A stretch of 62,507 nt of DNA, the filler included. It is 10 parts of 10 records of this genome, joined end to end, with 100 filler letters (N's around TTAATTAATTAA, not from the genome) between each part and the next. Parts side by side here need not be neighbours in the genome. Positions count along the whole stretch, not along the records: positions 30,311 to 38,942 come from SRR31147125_152824; positions 39,043 to 45,204 come from SRR31147125_152907; 8 more parts are not named here. The stretch is one strand, 5' to 3'. Position numbers and translations under genes: made by a program. This document shows, one piece after another, positions 32,250 to 42,554 of the stretch. The notes below the pieces were generated by a model. It was not told the DNA's origin. It did not search any database and was given only the letters and a program-made list of their open reading frames with translations. The stretch's first letter is position 1; each line of letters begins with the position of its first letter.

Positions 32250-34697
32250 ATGTATCAAAAAGCGGCGGTCAGTCCGAGAATCCAACGAATTCGAGACAAA
32301 AGACGCGTGCATGACAGCGGCAACGTCATTTTATGTGCCGAGCGTACGGATATATACACCCGATATTACAAGGCCCATGAGGCTGAGATTGCATCCCTCA
32401 AGCGTTCGGGCGCTTTGTACGAATGGTGCTGTCAGCATAAGGTCCGTCTGGAGGACGATGAGATATTTGTAGCCAACCTCGGGCGGGACTGGCGCAGCGC
32501 ACATCCCTACGTGGAGTGGGGCGCGGGCTGGCTGGAGCTGGCGCTGAAGCTGCCGGAGGAGGATTTTATACGCGCGTGGCAGTCGCCGGGGGCGTATGCG
32601 TACATATCGCCGGAGGATCGGATTATTTTTGAAGAGGCTGTTTCTTACTGGCGTGACCGGACGATCCAGGCGCATGTTTTATCCGTTTTGCCTGATGAGA
32701 TTTGGGCACTCAAGGGCGACAACTGTACGACCTTCGGCAACCGGACGAAAATGTTTACGGCGAGTATGCCCCAGGGCCACTACTGCCCCAATTACCGGAA
32801 GGTCATCGATGTCGGATGGGGCGGCATTATCCGTGAAGCGCAGGCGCGTATGGACGCCGTCGAAGGTCGCGTTTACGGCACGGACAATAAGCGCTTTACA
32901 ACCTGGCGCGCAATCAAACGCGTGGCCGAGGGTGCGAAGATTTTGACAGAGCATTATGCCGAGCTTGTTGCCGCCGAAGCGAAAAAAGCGGACGGCAAAC
33001 GTCAAGCGGAGCTTTACAAAATGGCGGACGGCCTGAGCTGGATCGCAGAAAAACCGGCTCGTACGTATTGGGAATCCCTGCAGATGATCCTGATCTACGA
33101 GCTGCTTTTACATACGGACGGCCAGGCGCACGGCATCACACTCGGCCGGCTTGACCAGTACTGCGGCCATTTTCTTGAAAAAGAGCTGGCGGAGGGCACG
33201 ATTACGCCGGAGGAAGCGCAGGAGATGGCCGACGCTTTTATTCTCAAGCTGGGCGATTACTTTGTGATGTTTTACGCGCCGCTCGGTACCGATCCAAATG
33301 AGAAAAAAGCATATCATTATGAGTGCGGCGGCCATCATTTTACGGTCGGCGGGCAGATGAAGGACGGGCGGGACGCGACCAATACCCTCACGCTCCTGTT
33401 TCTGCAAACGTACGCGCGGCTTTACCTCACGATTCCATCGCTCTCCGTGCGTATACATAAGCGTACGCCATATGAGGTATGGGAGCACGCCGTCGAATCC
33501 TCGAAAATTGCCGGCGGCATGCCGACGTTTGAAAACGATGAGATCATCATCCCGGCGCTCGTGGAGCGTGGAATGTCCTGTGAGGATGCCAACGATTACT
33601 GCATCATCGGCTGTGTCGAGCCGGCCGGCTGCGGCAATGAGTGGTCGGCCTGCGGCAGCAGCGGCGGGGAAAGCTTCAGTAATCTCGTCGGTATTATGAA
33701 CATGGCTATACATAACGGCGTAAACCCGAAAACCGGCTGCGCGGCCGGTGTTAAAACGGGTTATCTCTACGACTATAAGTCTTTCGACGAATTTAAGGAA
33801 GCTTTCTTAAAGCAGCTTAAATTCTTTTTGGATTGGCACATTTCGTTTGTCAATTTTTATGAGCTGGCCTACGGGCAGTATTTCCCGTGCGTAAGCGCGA
33901 CGGCGACGATTGACGGCTGCATGGAGAGCGGCCTGGACGTATTGGAAGGCGGCGCGAAATACAACTCCACCGGTTTTACGGCGCTTGGCGTCGGCAACGT
34001 CGCCGACAGTATGATGACCATTAAAAAGCTCGTGTTTGACGACGAGCTAATATCGGCGCGCACGCTCTACGACGCGCTCGTCAATAACTGGGAGGGCTAC
34101 GAGGCACTCCGGCAGACCATCATCCATGAGGTGCCGCACTACGGCAACAACATCAGGGAGGTAGACGAGCTGGGCGTATTTGCCCTGGGCGCGTATGCCG
34201 ACCATATGATGGGCGCGCGCGGCCCGCGCGGTAAATGGCGCGGCGGCACGTTTACAGTGACGACGCATCTGGAATTCGGAAACGTCACGATGGCAACACC
34301 CGACGGCCGCGCCGACGGCGACCCGCTGGCTGAGGCGATTTCCCCACGGCAGGGCTTTGACAAAAACGGCCCGACGGCTTATATGCTTTCGGCCGCAAAG
34401 CTGCCGCACTACAAGCTCGGCAACGGCGATATGCTTAATATCCGATTTTCACCAACGGCCGTTAATGGCGCGGACGGGACAAAAAAACTCACCGATCTCA
34501 TCGGCGCCTATTTTGACGAAGGCGGCATGCAGGTCCAGTTTAACGTCGTCGGCACAGACACGCTCTACGACGCACAGAAACATCCGGATAAATACAGCGA
34601 TTTGATCGTGCGTATCGCGGGCTTTTCAGTGTACTTTGTGGAGGTGCCAAAGCCGCTTCAGGATGACTTTATTACGCGCACGGAGCATATGGCGTAA
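32250..34697 (+). CDS. Glycyl radical enzyme (PFL-family, probable dehydratase/eliminase of unknown substrate)
   Basis: Cys loop IIGCVEP (single Cys), Gly loop LIVRIAGFS, ATPDGR, GRLDQY, QVQFNV. Confidence 0.93.
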   Translation: MYQKAAVSPRIQRIRDKRRVHDSGNVILCAERTDIYTRYYKAHEAEIASLKRSGALYEWCCQHKVRLEDDEIFVANLGRDWRSAHPYVEWGAGWLELALKLPEEDFIRAWQSPGAYAYISPEDRIIFEEAVSYWRDRTIQAHVLSVLPDEIWALKGDNCTTFGNRTKMFTASMPQGHYCPNYRKVIDVGWGGIIREAQARMDAVEGRVYGTDNKRFTTWRAIKRVAEGAKILTEHYAELVAAEAKKADGKRQAELYKMADGLSWIAEKPARTYWESLQMILIYELLLHTDGQAHGITLGRLDQYCGHFLEKELAEGTITPEEAQEMADAFILKLGDYFVMFYAPLGTDPNEKKAYHYECGGHHFTVGGQMKDGRDATNTLTLLFLQTYARLYLTIPSLSVRIHKRTPYEVWEHAVESSKIAGGMPTFENDEIIIPALVERGMSCEDANDYCIIGCVEPAGCGNEWSACGSSGGESFSNLVGIMNMAIHNGVNPKTGCAAGVKTGYLYDYKSFDEFKEAFLKQLKFFLDWHISFVNFYELAYGQYFPCVSATATIDGCMESGLDVLEGGAKYNSTGFTALGVGNVADSMMTIKKLVFDDELISARTLYDALVNNWEGYEALRQTIIHEVPHYGNNIREVDELGVFALGAYADHMMGARGPRGKWRGGTFTVTTHLEFGNVTMATPDGRADGDPLAEAISPRQGFDKNGPTAYMLSAAKLPHYKLGNGDMLNIRFSPTAVNGADGTKKLTDLIGAYFDEGGMQVQFNVVGTDTLYDAQKHPDKYSDLIVRIAGFSVYFVEVPKPLQDDFITRTEHMA

Positions 34698-34734
34698 GTC
34701 GCTGATAGCGTCAATACGCAGGATATAAGGAGCT

Positions 34735-36302
34735 GTGGCAATGGAGTATTTATTCAATGAGGAAAATCTGAGTTATCCGGAGGTGAAGGTCCGGCACGCA
34801 TGGGATACGCCACCCGCGCCGATTCCCGACGGCGATATCGGCGAGACGATCACATCAGACGTCGTCATTATCGGCGGTGGCATATCGGGGCTGGCTACGG
34901 CCGCCCGATGCGCGCAGCTGGGACTTAAATGCGTCGTGCTGGAGAAATTCCGGGGGCTTGTCGCCCACGGGGCGCATATTGCGTCGGTTGGCTCGAAGCT
35001 CCAGAGGGAAAACGGCGTTATCATCGACAAAAAACAGTTTGCGCGGGACTGGATGCGTATCTGCGGCAGCCGTGTCGACGAAAATCTCCTGTGGCTCTTT
35101 ATCAATCGCAGCGAAGAGGCTTTTGAATGGCTGTTGGAATGCGGCGGAGACGAGGTAGAGGCCGTACTGTTCGGTGGAAATTACAGAGGGCCGGATTTCA
35201 CCGAATATGCGGGCACGCATTTTTTAATGCGCTCGGAAGGCAGCAAGTACAAACATATGGGTGCGCTCCTCATTTGCGAAATCATGGAGGACGTGGCCGT
35301 TAACGGCGGCAGCGAAATCATTCGCAATACGCGCGTGGAGCAGCTGGAGAAAACGGACGGCCGGGTGACGGCGGCAATTGCCAAAGACCTTGACGGGATA
35401 TACAGGCGGTATAAGGCTACACGCGGCGTCGTGCTGGCAACGGGGGACATTGGCGGCGATGCGGATATGCTTGCCGCGTACTCACCCTCGGGCTCGCGCC
35501 GGCGAAAAACGGCTATTACCCGCCAGGCCTCAATACGGGAGACGGCCATAAAATGGGCTTCTGGGCCGGCGGCGCTTTTGAAAACGCGCCCTGGGCACTG
35601 TCGCTGCATTTGATTGCCTACGCGTATTACTGCTTCTTTTTCCTGCACGTCAATCGCCAGGGCAACCGATTTATGAACGAGGATACATGGATTCAGGCCA
35701 AAGCCATCCGCTGTCTGATGCAGCCTCAAGGCGACTGGGCCTATACGATATTCGACTCTAAATGGTACGACGAATGCGCAAAGCTGGCCCAGTACGGCGG
35801 CGGCCAGTTTGTAGATTCCCTGGGCGCTGTGTACGGCCGGCCCTGGACAGAAAACAACGACACCCAGAAAACCATCGAAAACTATGTCTCCAACGGCTTG
35901 TGTGCCCGGTGCGACACGCTTGAGGAGCTGGCGGAAAAAATAGACGTGCCGGCTGACAATCTCGTGAAGAGCGTGGCGCGCTATAACGAGCTGTATGAGC
36001 TGGGCGAGGACGTGGACTATGGCAAACGCTCCAATCTCCTCACGCGGATAGACAAACCGCCGTATTACGCGCTCAAGTGGGGACCGGCGCTCTTGAACGT
36101 TTTCGGCGGACTTCTCATCGACACGAAAATGCGTGTGCTGAATAAAGACCGCGAGCCGGTGCCGGGACTTTTGGCAGTCGGTAACGTCTCCGGCGGCTTT
36201 TACGGCGTTGATTACCCGCTGCTGTTAAGCGGCAACAGCCACGGGCGGGCCCTGACCTGGGCGCGTGCAGCGGCTGAGACGCTCGAGGACGGCGAAGCTT
36301 AA
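34735..36302 (+). CDS. FAD-dependent oxidoreductase (fumarate reductase/flavocytochrome c flavin-subunit family); apparent frameshift at ~35485
   Basis: DVVIIGGGISG, VLATGD, NTGDGHKM, GNRFMNE, GGLLID, PGLLAVGN. Confidence 0.88.
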
Positions 36303-36362
36303 CTATGGCATTTATTAGTTGGAGCAACTTTATACCATAAACAGCAAGAGGGAGGAATTTGT

Positions 36363-37373
36363 ATGGAAAAGGTAACCAGAACCTCGTTTCTGAAAAGAAC
36401 GATCCGCTCCAAGGCGTTTACCCTCGTCATCCTGCTCGCGATACTGATCGTACTGTTCACGATTCTGGCGGCGCTCAACGACGCCATTTTCTTCAGCAGC
36501 CGTACCTTTATCAGCATTCTGCAGGACCTGGCTGTGCCCGCCTTTCTGGCAATCGGCGCAGGCTGTCTCATCGTCTCCGGCGCGATCGACCTGTCACAGT
36601 CATCCGTCGGCGCGATGGCGGGTGTTTTTGTGGCCATTGGCATCAGCTGGTGGAATCTGCCGTGGTTTGTGGCGCTGCTGGTAGCCCTCGTTGCGGCGGC
36701 CTGTATCGGGCTTATCAATGCTGTCATTATTAATGAGCTGCATATGGCACCCTTCATCGCCACCATCGCGATGTCTGCTGTCATTAAGGCGATCATGATG
36801 CTGATCAGCACCGACAACATCGGCGTACTGCAGAGCGTCATTAATTTTGATGACCCGGCTATCAATGTCATTGGTACCTACGCGATCGGCAAAATCCCCG
36901 CAACCGTTATACTGATGGTCATCGCCTTCATTGTCTATGGTCTGATGCTTTCGCGGTCGCAGCTGGGAAAAAGCATCTATATGATCGGCGGCAACCGGGC
37001 GGCGGCGCGCCTTTCCGGCATCAATTCCAAAAAAATATCCTACTTCCTGTTTATAAACTGTTCCGTTTTGGGCGGGCTGTCCGGCCTTATCTATACGACG
37101 CGGTCCAAGCAGGGGAGCCTTTTAGCGCTCCAGAGCGATCAGTTTACAGGCCTGACGGCCGCAATCCTCGGCGGCATCTCATTTGCCGGCGGGTCGGGCG
37201 GCATGGGCGGCGCTTTCGTCGGCCTCCTTGTTATCAAAACCTTCAACAAGGGCATGATGATCTGCGGCTCAAGCACGTATCTTACGTCGGTGTTGTCGGG
37301 CGCACTGCTGCTCGCGGCGCTCACGCTCGACTATATGAGCCAGAGAAGACAGCGCAAACGCGTCGGTGCTTAG
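36363..37373 (+). CDS. Sugar (CUT2/RbsC-type) ABC transporter permease
   Basis: SGAIDLS, PFIATI, IGGN..AARLSGI, AAILGG.SF.GG.G. Confidence 0.92.
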   Translation: MEKVTRTSFLKRTIRSKAFTLVILLAILIVLFTILAALNDAIFFSSRTFISILQDLAVPAFLAIGAGCLIVSGAIDLSQSSVGAMAGVFVAIGISWWNLPWFVALLVALVAAACIGLINAVIINELHMAPFIATIAMSAVIKAIMMLISTDNIGVLQSVINFDDPAINVIGTYAIGKIPATVILMVIAFIVYGLMLSRSQLGKSIYMIGGNRAAARLSGINSKKISYFLFINCSVLGGLSGLIYTTRSKQGSLLALQSDQFTGLTAAILGGISFAGGSGGMGGAFVGLLVIKTFNKGMMICGSSTYLTSVLSGALLLAALTLDYMSQRRQRKRVGA

Positions 37374-37376
37374 GGA

Positions 37377-38939
37377 ATGATTGGAGAAAGGATGGCCGGA
37401 GCTATGCAGCAAACAGAAAATAATGCGGTAAACAGCGAAATCCGTTTAGATGATCAATATCTGGAGTTTGTCGGAATCGAGAAGGCATTCCCGGGTGTCA
37501 AGGCCCTTGACGATATCAGCTTCCGTGCCGACGGCGGCAAGGTGCTCGCGCTGCTTGGCGAAAACGGGGCGGGTAAATCAACGCTTTTGAAGATCATGAG
37601 CGGTGACCTGAGAGCCGACGACGGAAAGATCATTCTTAACGGCGAGACACTGTCGATGGCGTCGCCGAACCAGGCAATTAAGGCCGGTATCAGCGTCATC
37701 TATCAGGAACGCCAGCTCATCCCGACAATGAGCGTTATGGAGAATATATATATCGGCGCGCTGCCGATCAAAGCGGGATTGGTGAATTACGCAAAACTCA
37801 AGTCTGACACGCAGGAGATCATTGATAAATTCGGCCTCCCGATTGACCCGGAAGCCCCCGTGATGACTTTGTCCATCGCCCATCAGCAAATGGTAGAGAT
37901 TATGAAGGCCTACCGGCGTGACTCGAAGGTCATCGCTTTTGACGAACCCACCGCTCCCATGACCGATACGGAAATCGATATTCTTTTTGACCTGATCCGC
38001 CAGCTTAAACAGGCGGGGAAAATCGTCATCTATGTGTCTCACCGTATGAAGGAAATATTCCAGGTCACGGACGAAATCGTTGTGTTAAAAGACGGGCGTC
38101 TCGTCAAGACACTGAACACGGCGCTGACAAACGAACAGGAGCTCATTGCCGCAATGGTCGGCCGGGATATCGGCGATACATACGCCAATCTCAGCCGTAA
38201 CGACGCGTTTGGCGACGTGCTGCTGGAAGTCAGTAATATGACGACGTACGCCGTGCACGATATTTGCTTTTCGCTGCATAAGGGAGAGGTACTCGGCTTT
38301 GCCGGGCTCGTCGGCGCCGGCCGCACAGAGGTTGTGCGTGCATTGTTCGGCGCGGACGAGGTCCTTTCCGGCGAGATCAAGCTGGAAGGGCAATGCGTTA
38401 AATTCGATACGCCGCGCGAAGCTATAAATGCCGGCATCGCGCTGTGTCCGGAAGACCGGAAGGAGCAGGGGCTTGTACTGTGGTCCTCCGTTCGTGACAA
38501 TATCTGCATGCCGGTCCTGAAAAAGCTTAAAAAATGGCTGTTTCTGGATTTGAAGGCAGAGGATGAGCTGACACTGAGCGCCATCAAGAAATATAACATT
38601 AAAACGCCCACCTTTGATAAATCGGTGCTGGAGCTGTCGGGCGGCAATCAGCAGAAGGTCATTCTCGGGCGGTGGACGTCCGAAAAGATGATCACGAAGC
38701 TTCTCATATTGGATGAGCCGACAAAAGGTATTGATGTCGGTACAAAAGCCGAGATTTATCAGATGGTCTGCGATTTTGCCAAGCAGGGGATTGGTGTGAT
38801 CTTCATTTCCTCGGAGCTGACTGAAGTTATTAACGTGGCCGATACGATCATCGTTATGCATAACGGGCATATAACAGGCACGGTAAAGCGCCAAGACGCC
38901 ACAGAAGAAAACGTTCTGGCGATGGCCATGCTGGATTAG
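37377..38939 (+). CDS. Sugar ABC transporter ATP-binding protein (tandem ABC domains)
   Basis: GENGAGKST, FDEPT, PEDRK, LSGGNQQK, LDEPTKGIDVG. Confidence 0.95.
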   Translation: MIGERMAGAMQQTENNAVNSEIRLDDQYLEFVGIEKAFPGVKALDDISFRADGGKVLALLGENGAGKSTLLKIMSGDLRADDGKIILNGETLSMASPNQAIKAGISVIYQERQLIPTMSVMENIYIGALPIKAGLVNYAKLKSDTQEIIDKFGLPIDPEAPVMTLSIAHQQMVEIMKAYRRDSKVIAFDEPTAPMTDTEIDILFDLIRQLKQAGKIVIYVSHRMKEIFQVTDEIVVLKDGRLVKTLNTALTNEQELIAAMVGRDIGDTYANLSRNDAFGDVLLEVSNMTTYAVHDICFSLHKGEVLGFAGLVGAGRTEVVRALFGADEVLSGEIKLEGQCVKFDTPREAINAGIALCPEDRKEQGLVLWSSVRDNICMPVLKKLKKWLFLDLKAEDELTLSAIKKYNIKTPTFDKSVLELSGGNQQKVILGRWTSEKMITKLLILDEPTKGIDVGTKAEIYQMVCDFAKQGIGVIFISSELTEVINVADTIIVMHNGHITGTVKRQDATEENVLAMAMLD

Positions 38940-38942
38940 GGG

Positions 38943-39042
38943 NNNNNNNNNNNNNNNNNNNNNNNNNNNNNNNNNNNNNNNNNNNNTTAATTAATTAANN
39001 NNNNNNNNNNNNNNNNNNNNNNNNNNNNNNNNNNNNNNNNNN
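38943..39042. other. Artificial contig spacer
   Basis: N run with TTAATTAATTAA. Confidence 0.98.
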
Positions 39043-40000
39043 GAAGTTCGGCTTCTGCGGCCTTAATGCCTGCCTGATCGCCTTTTCTTTCGGCTTTTAG
39101 TTTTTTCTTGAATGCTTCAATCTGACGGACATCAAGCAGCTGAGCGTTTGAGGACGCGAGGAAGGGGCCCCATCCGTCCGAAGTGTTGGCCAGAATCTGA
39201 CGCTCACGTGCAACTTTCTCCACGCTACCAATTCGGCCGAACTGAATGAAGAAGTAGAGAATCTTTTGCTTCAACTCGTCTGAAAGATCAGCACGCCAGA
39301 CCATCGGATCAGAGGGGATCAGAGGTGAACGCCAGATCTCTTTGATTTTGCCGGCCATTTCCGGGTTGGTTTTCGGAATGCGGTCGTAAAGGGTTTCCGT
39401 ATTGTTGGTCGCGACATCGACTTTTTGGGTAGCGACGGCGATGGCATTGCCCTGGTGGTTGGAGCTGACGACACGCTTGAAGCACTCTTCAGGTGTCTTG
39501 TTGTTCAGAGCCCAGACGTAGTAGCCGGGAATGGCGAAACCGGAGGTTGAGTTTGGATCACCGTTGCCGAAGGTCTTGGTTCCGTCACACTTGAGAACAT
39601 CTTCGAGTGAGTTCAGGTCGGAATCTTTGTTGGCGATCAACAGGGAGTAGTAGCCTTTTGCTCCGTTATCCTTGATGGTCTGAGCAAAAACTTCGCCACC
39701 CGCGCGGTCAACAGCCTGGATAGCCGATTTATTGCCGAACCAGCCGAGGTCGACTTTCTTAAAGCGCATGCCTTCAATGACTCCGGCGTAGTCAGAAGCA
39801 AAAAACATTTTGACAGGGATGCCGAGAGACTTTTCCATCTCCTTGACAAAAGGTCCAAAACTTTCTTCCAGAGTGGTTTGGGATTCAGTCGCGATAATCC
39901 CGAAATTGAGTTGCTTCGGCATGTTGCCATGTCCAGAAGCGAAGGCGGTGCCACAGAGCATGGCCATGGCGATCAGGGTGAGCATCAATCTTTTCAGCAT
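39043..40000 (-). CDS. phnD: Phosphonate ABC transporter substrate-binding protein (C-terminus truncated)
   Basis: FGIIATES, DYAGVIEGMRF, GNKSA, GDPNSTSG, VDVATNN, SPLIPSDP. Confidence 0.92.
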
Positions 40001-40066
40001 GATTTTTCTCCTTTGGATGAAATAGCGATTCAATGAATGGTGCGATTCGTCTGTCTTTAAGACGAT

Positions 40067-40878
40067 TTATCCAACTTTCAGGATGGGAGCAGGGCGCTCA
40101 GCACCCAGCTGACAGCAGCCGTCCTCGACTCCGTAAAGTTCTACAAGGTCTTTTTCGCTGATTCCGGAGGCTTTGCCGTCGTAGACAACCCGACCATCTT
40201 TCAGAGCGATGATGCGGTCACAGCGGGTTGTCGCAACTTCGAACTGGTGAAGGGAGACGACAACGGTGGTGCCGTCCTGACGGTTGATGTCGCAAAGTAA
40301 ATTCATCACCCGGTCGGATGAGGCAGGGTCAAGTGAAGCAATCGGCTCATCGGCGAGAATAAGTTTCGCTTCCTGGGTCAGAGCCCTGGCGATGGCACCT
40401 CTCTGCTGTTGTCCCCCGGACAGGGTTGAAGCACGCTGGTGGGCGTACTCAACCATATTGACCCGCTCGAGTGCTTCAAGGGCTTTGATGCGTTCTTCGC
40501 GGGGAAAGAGTCTGATAACCCCTTTCCAGTAGGGATTATGGGCCAGGCGTCCGATCAGGACATTGGTCAGCAGTGAAAGGCGTCCGACGAGGTTGAACTG
40601 CTGGAAGATGACACCGATGTCGCGGCGCAATGCGCGATATTCAGGGGTCTGCTTATTGCCTAAATGAATGGCTCGAGAAAAAGCTTGAGGTGACGACTTG
40701 ACTTGTCCATGGTCTCAAGCCCGGAGATGGTGCGAATTAAAGTTGATTTGCCCGATCCGGAAGCGCCGATCAGCCCGACCATCTCGCCCTTTTCGATCGA
40801 AACGTTAATGTCGTTCAAAACCTGATTGTTTCCGAATGTCTTGTTTAAACCTGAGATTTCTATGACGGTTTCAGACAT
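40067..40878 (-). CDS. phnC: Phosphonate ABC transporter ATP-binding protein; apparent frameshift at 40678-40682
   Basis: GASGSGKST in the first [36 protein letters not shown] in the second. Confidence 0.92.
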
Positions 40879-40938
40879 GGATGGCTCCTTTCACAAAAAA
40901 CTGCATTGTTCAGCGACAGAAGCAGACTAAGGGGTCCT

Positions 40939-40977
40939 ATTTAGGTTTTGGTTAGCGGATGGTTATCGTTTGATGAA
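40939..40977 (-). promoter_or_regulatory. Candidate pho-box array (four hexamers at 11-bp spacing) upstream of phnC
   Basis: Minus strand TTCATC-n5-ATAACC-n5-CTAACC-n5-CTAAAT, about 60 nt before the phnC start. Confidence 0.5.
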
Positions 40978-41026
40978 TGGAGTCTAGACAACTTTAACTC
41001 GGGAAATCTGGGGTCAGGAAGGGGCG

Positions 41027-41530
41027 TTAAACATTCCGAGGGGTTTGATTCACTGGCTTCAGCCGTTTGAAACAGGGGCAGGACAATAGGTAAATACTTC
41101 CCAGCAGAAGTGGTGTGCTGAAGAGCCAGAGACACAATCCTAACAGATTGATGTGCCAGAAATTGCTCAGAAATAGTTCGGGGTTTTGAGTCACCAGATG
41201 CTTTAACTGGGAGAAATCGGCTGGCAGGTAGTTGGTGGACAGTAGTTTTTCCGCGCCTGCCAGGTAGGGAAGAAACAGGAGGAATTGGAGCGGGTAAACC
41301 AGATAGTTTGCCATCTGAACGGCAAGCTGGTTGAGTCTGAAAACAGTAGCCAGGGCGAAACAGATCAAACTGGTTCCCCAGACCAGCGGCATGACGCCGA
41401 TGGTTGCTCCGAGAGCACAGGCCAAAGCCAGCTCATGGGGTGATAACCCCTGGTTGAGCTGGCTTTGAAGAACCGCCACGGTTTTTCGGAATGGGTTCAG
41501 CCTGACCTTGCTGAAATCAGATGCGATCAC
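41027..41530 (-). CDS. DUF2062 family membrane protein
   Basis: QGLSPHELALACALG..IG.MP..G, RLN....Q.ANY..YP pattern. Confidence 0.72.
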   Translation of the reverse strand: MIASDFSKVRLNPFRKTVAVLQSQLNQGLSPHELALACALGATIGVMPLVWGTSLICFALATVFRLNQLAVQMANYLVYPLQFLLFLPYLAGAEKLLSTNYLPADFSQLKHLVTQNPELFLSNFWHINLLGLCLWLFSTPLLLGSIYLLSCPCFKRLKPVNQTPRNV

Positions 41531-42554
41531 GGTGAATATGAAAGCTCAAGTTGGCCCCAGTCACGGTGCTGCGACCGGTGTAAACGAACAGAACAATCCA
41601 GATCAGCTGAAGAAAAAGAAGTGTTCCGGGTTGCCACAACATCTGAAGGCCGAGGCTGATGTCGATGGCAGAGGCAACAGAAGTGCGATTGAGGTAGCTG
41701 AAAGCAAGGGCATAAGGGATAGCCAGAAGCCCCATGATCTGATACGCCGAGAACTTATTACTGCCGCGATAGTCGGCCCGTAAGAATTCGGAGAAAACAC
41801 GCCACAGCTGCGTCACCAGAAGGCTTAGAGCGAAAGCGGCCGCGGCCTGTCCGCTGAGGAATAGTTGAATTGAGATCAGACCGCTGACGACGTAGAGAAC
41901 GGCGGTCAAAGCCTGAATCGGAACAACCGGTTCCCCTTCCAGATTGTCGGCGTAGCAGATTTTTCTCGTCTCACCGTGAAAGGCAAAGTGCCAACGGGAG
42001 AAGAGTTGTCTAAGGGCCGGGCGGCAGCGAGAGACCGGTTTCCCGTAGCAGCAGCCAAAGCTGATGCAGGCCAGACGCCCCAGCCCTTCGCCGAAAGCAT
42101 AAGCGATGGCAATCGCTGCCAGGGTGGTCATGGTCGGCAAGTGGTAGCTGGTCGTTGTGTTGATCGCTTGAATGATCCATGGGGCAGCAATAATTCCGAC
42201 AAACACTGCACCGCCGACGGTAAATGTGTGTGCCTTACCTTCCACGATCCGGGCGACCAAGCGCGATGCCGGCACACAAAGTGCGAGCATGAGTACGGCC
42301 AGCAACATAACACCACCCACTGGGACCTGAGATGAGCCGAGAAGAATCAGCAGAATCGCCAGGGCAACCAGGTAGGCGTTCGCGGTCAGAAGGCCGTACC
42401 AGGTCAGGTTGATTCCCTGCCATTGACCGTTTCCGAGCGGCCGGATCGGCAGGGTTGCGAGCATTTGCCAGCCATCACGCGGAAGAATACGGAAACCCCA
42501 GTAAAACATCAGGGCACAGCAGACAGCCAATGTTAAAAGAAACAGTGTGTTCAT
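41517..42554 (-). CDS. Prolipoprotein diacylglyceryl transferase (Lgt)-like membrane protein, divergent
   Basis: WYG, GEGLGRLACISFGCCYG, P.Q, SEFLR, YQ motifs parallel the Lgt signature; multi-TM. Confidence 0.72.
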   Translation of the reverse strand: MNTLFLLTLAVCCALMFYWGFRILPRDGWQMLATLPIRPLGNGQWQGINLTWYGLLTANAYLVALAILLILLGSSQVPVGGVMLLAVLMLALCVPASRLVARIVEGKAHTFTVGGAVFVGIIAAPWIIQAINTTTSYHLPTMTTLAAIAIAYAFGEGLGRLACISFGCCYGKPVSRCRPALRQLFSRWHFAFHGETRKICYADNLEGEPVVPIQALTAVLYVVSGLISIQLFLSGQAAAAFALSLLVTQLWRVFSEFLRADYRGSNKFSAYQIMGLLAIPYALAFSYLNRTSVASAIDISLGLQMLWQPGTLLFLQLIWIVLFVYTGRSTVTGANLSFHIHRDRI

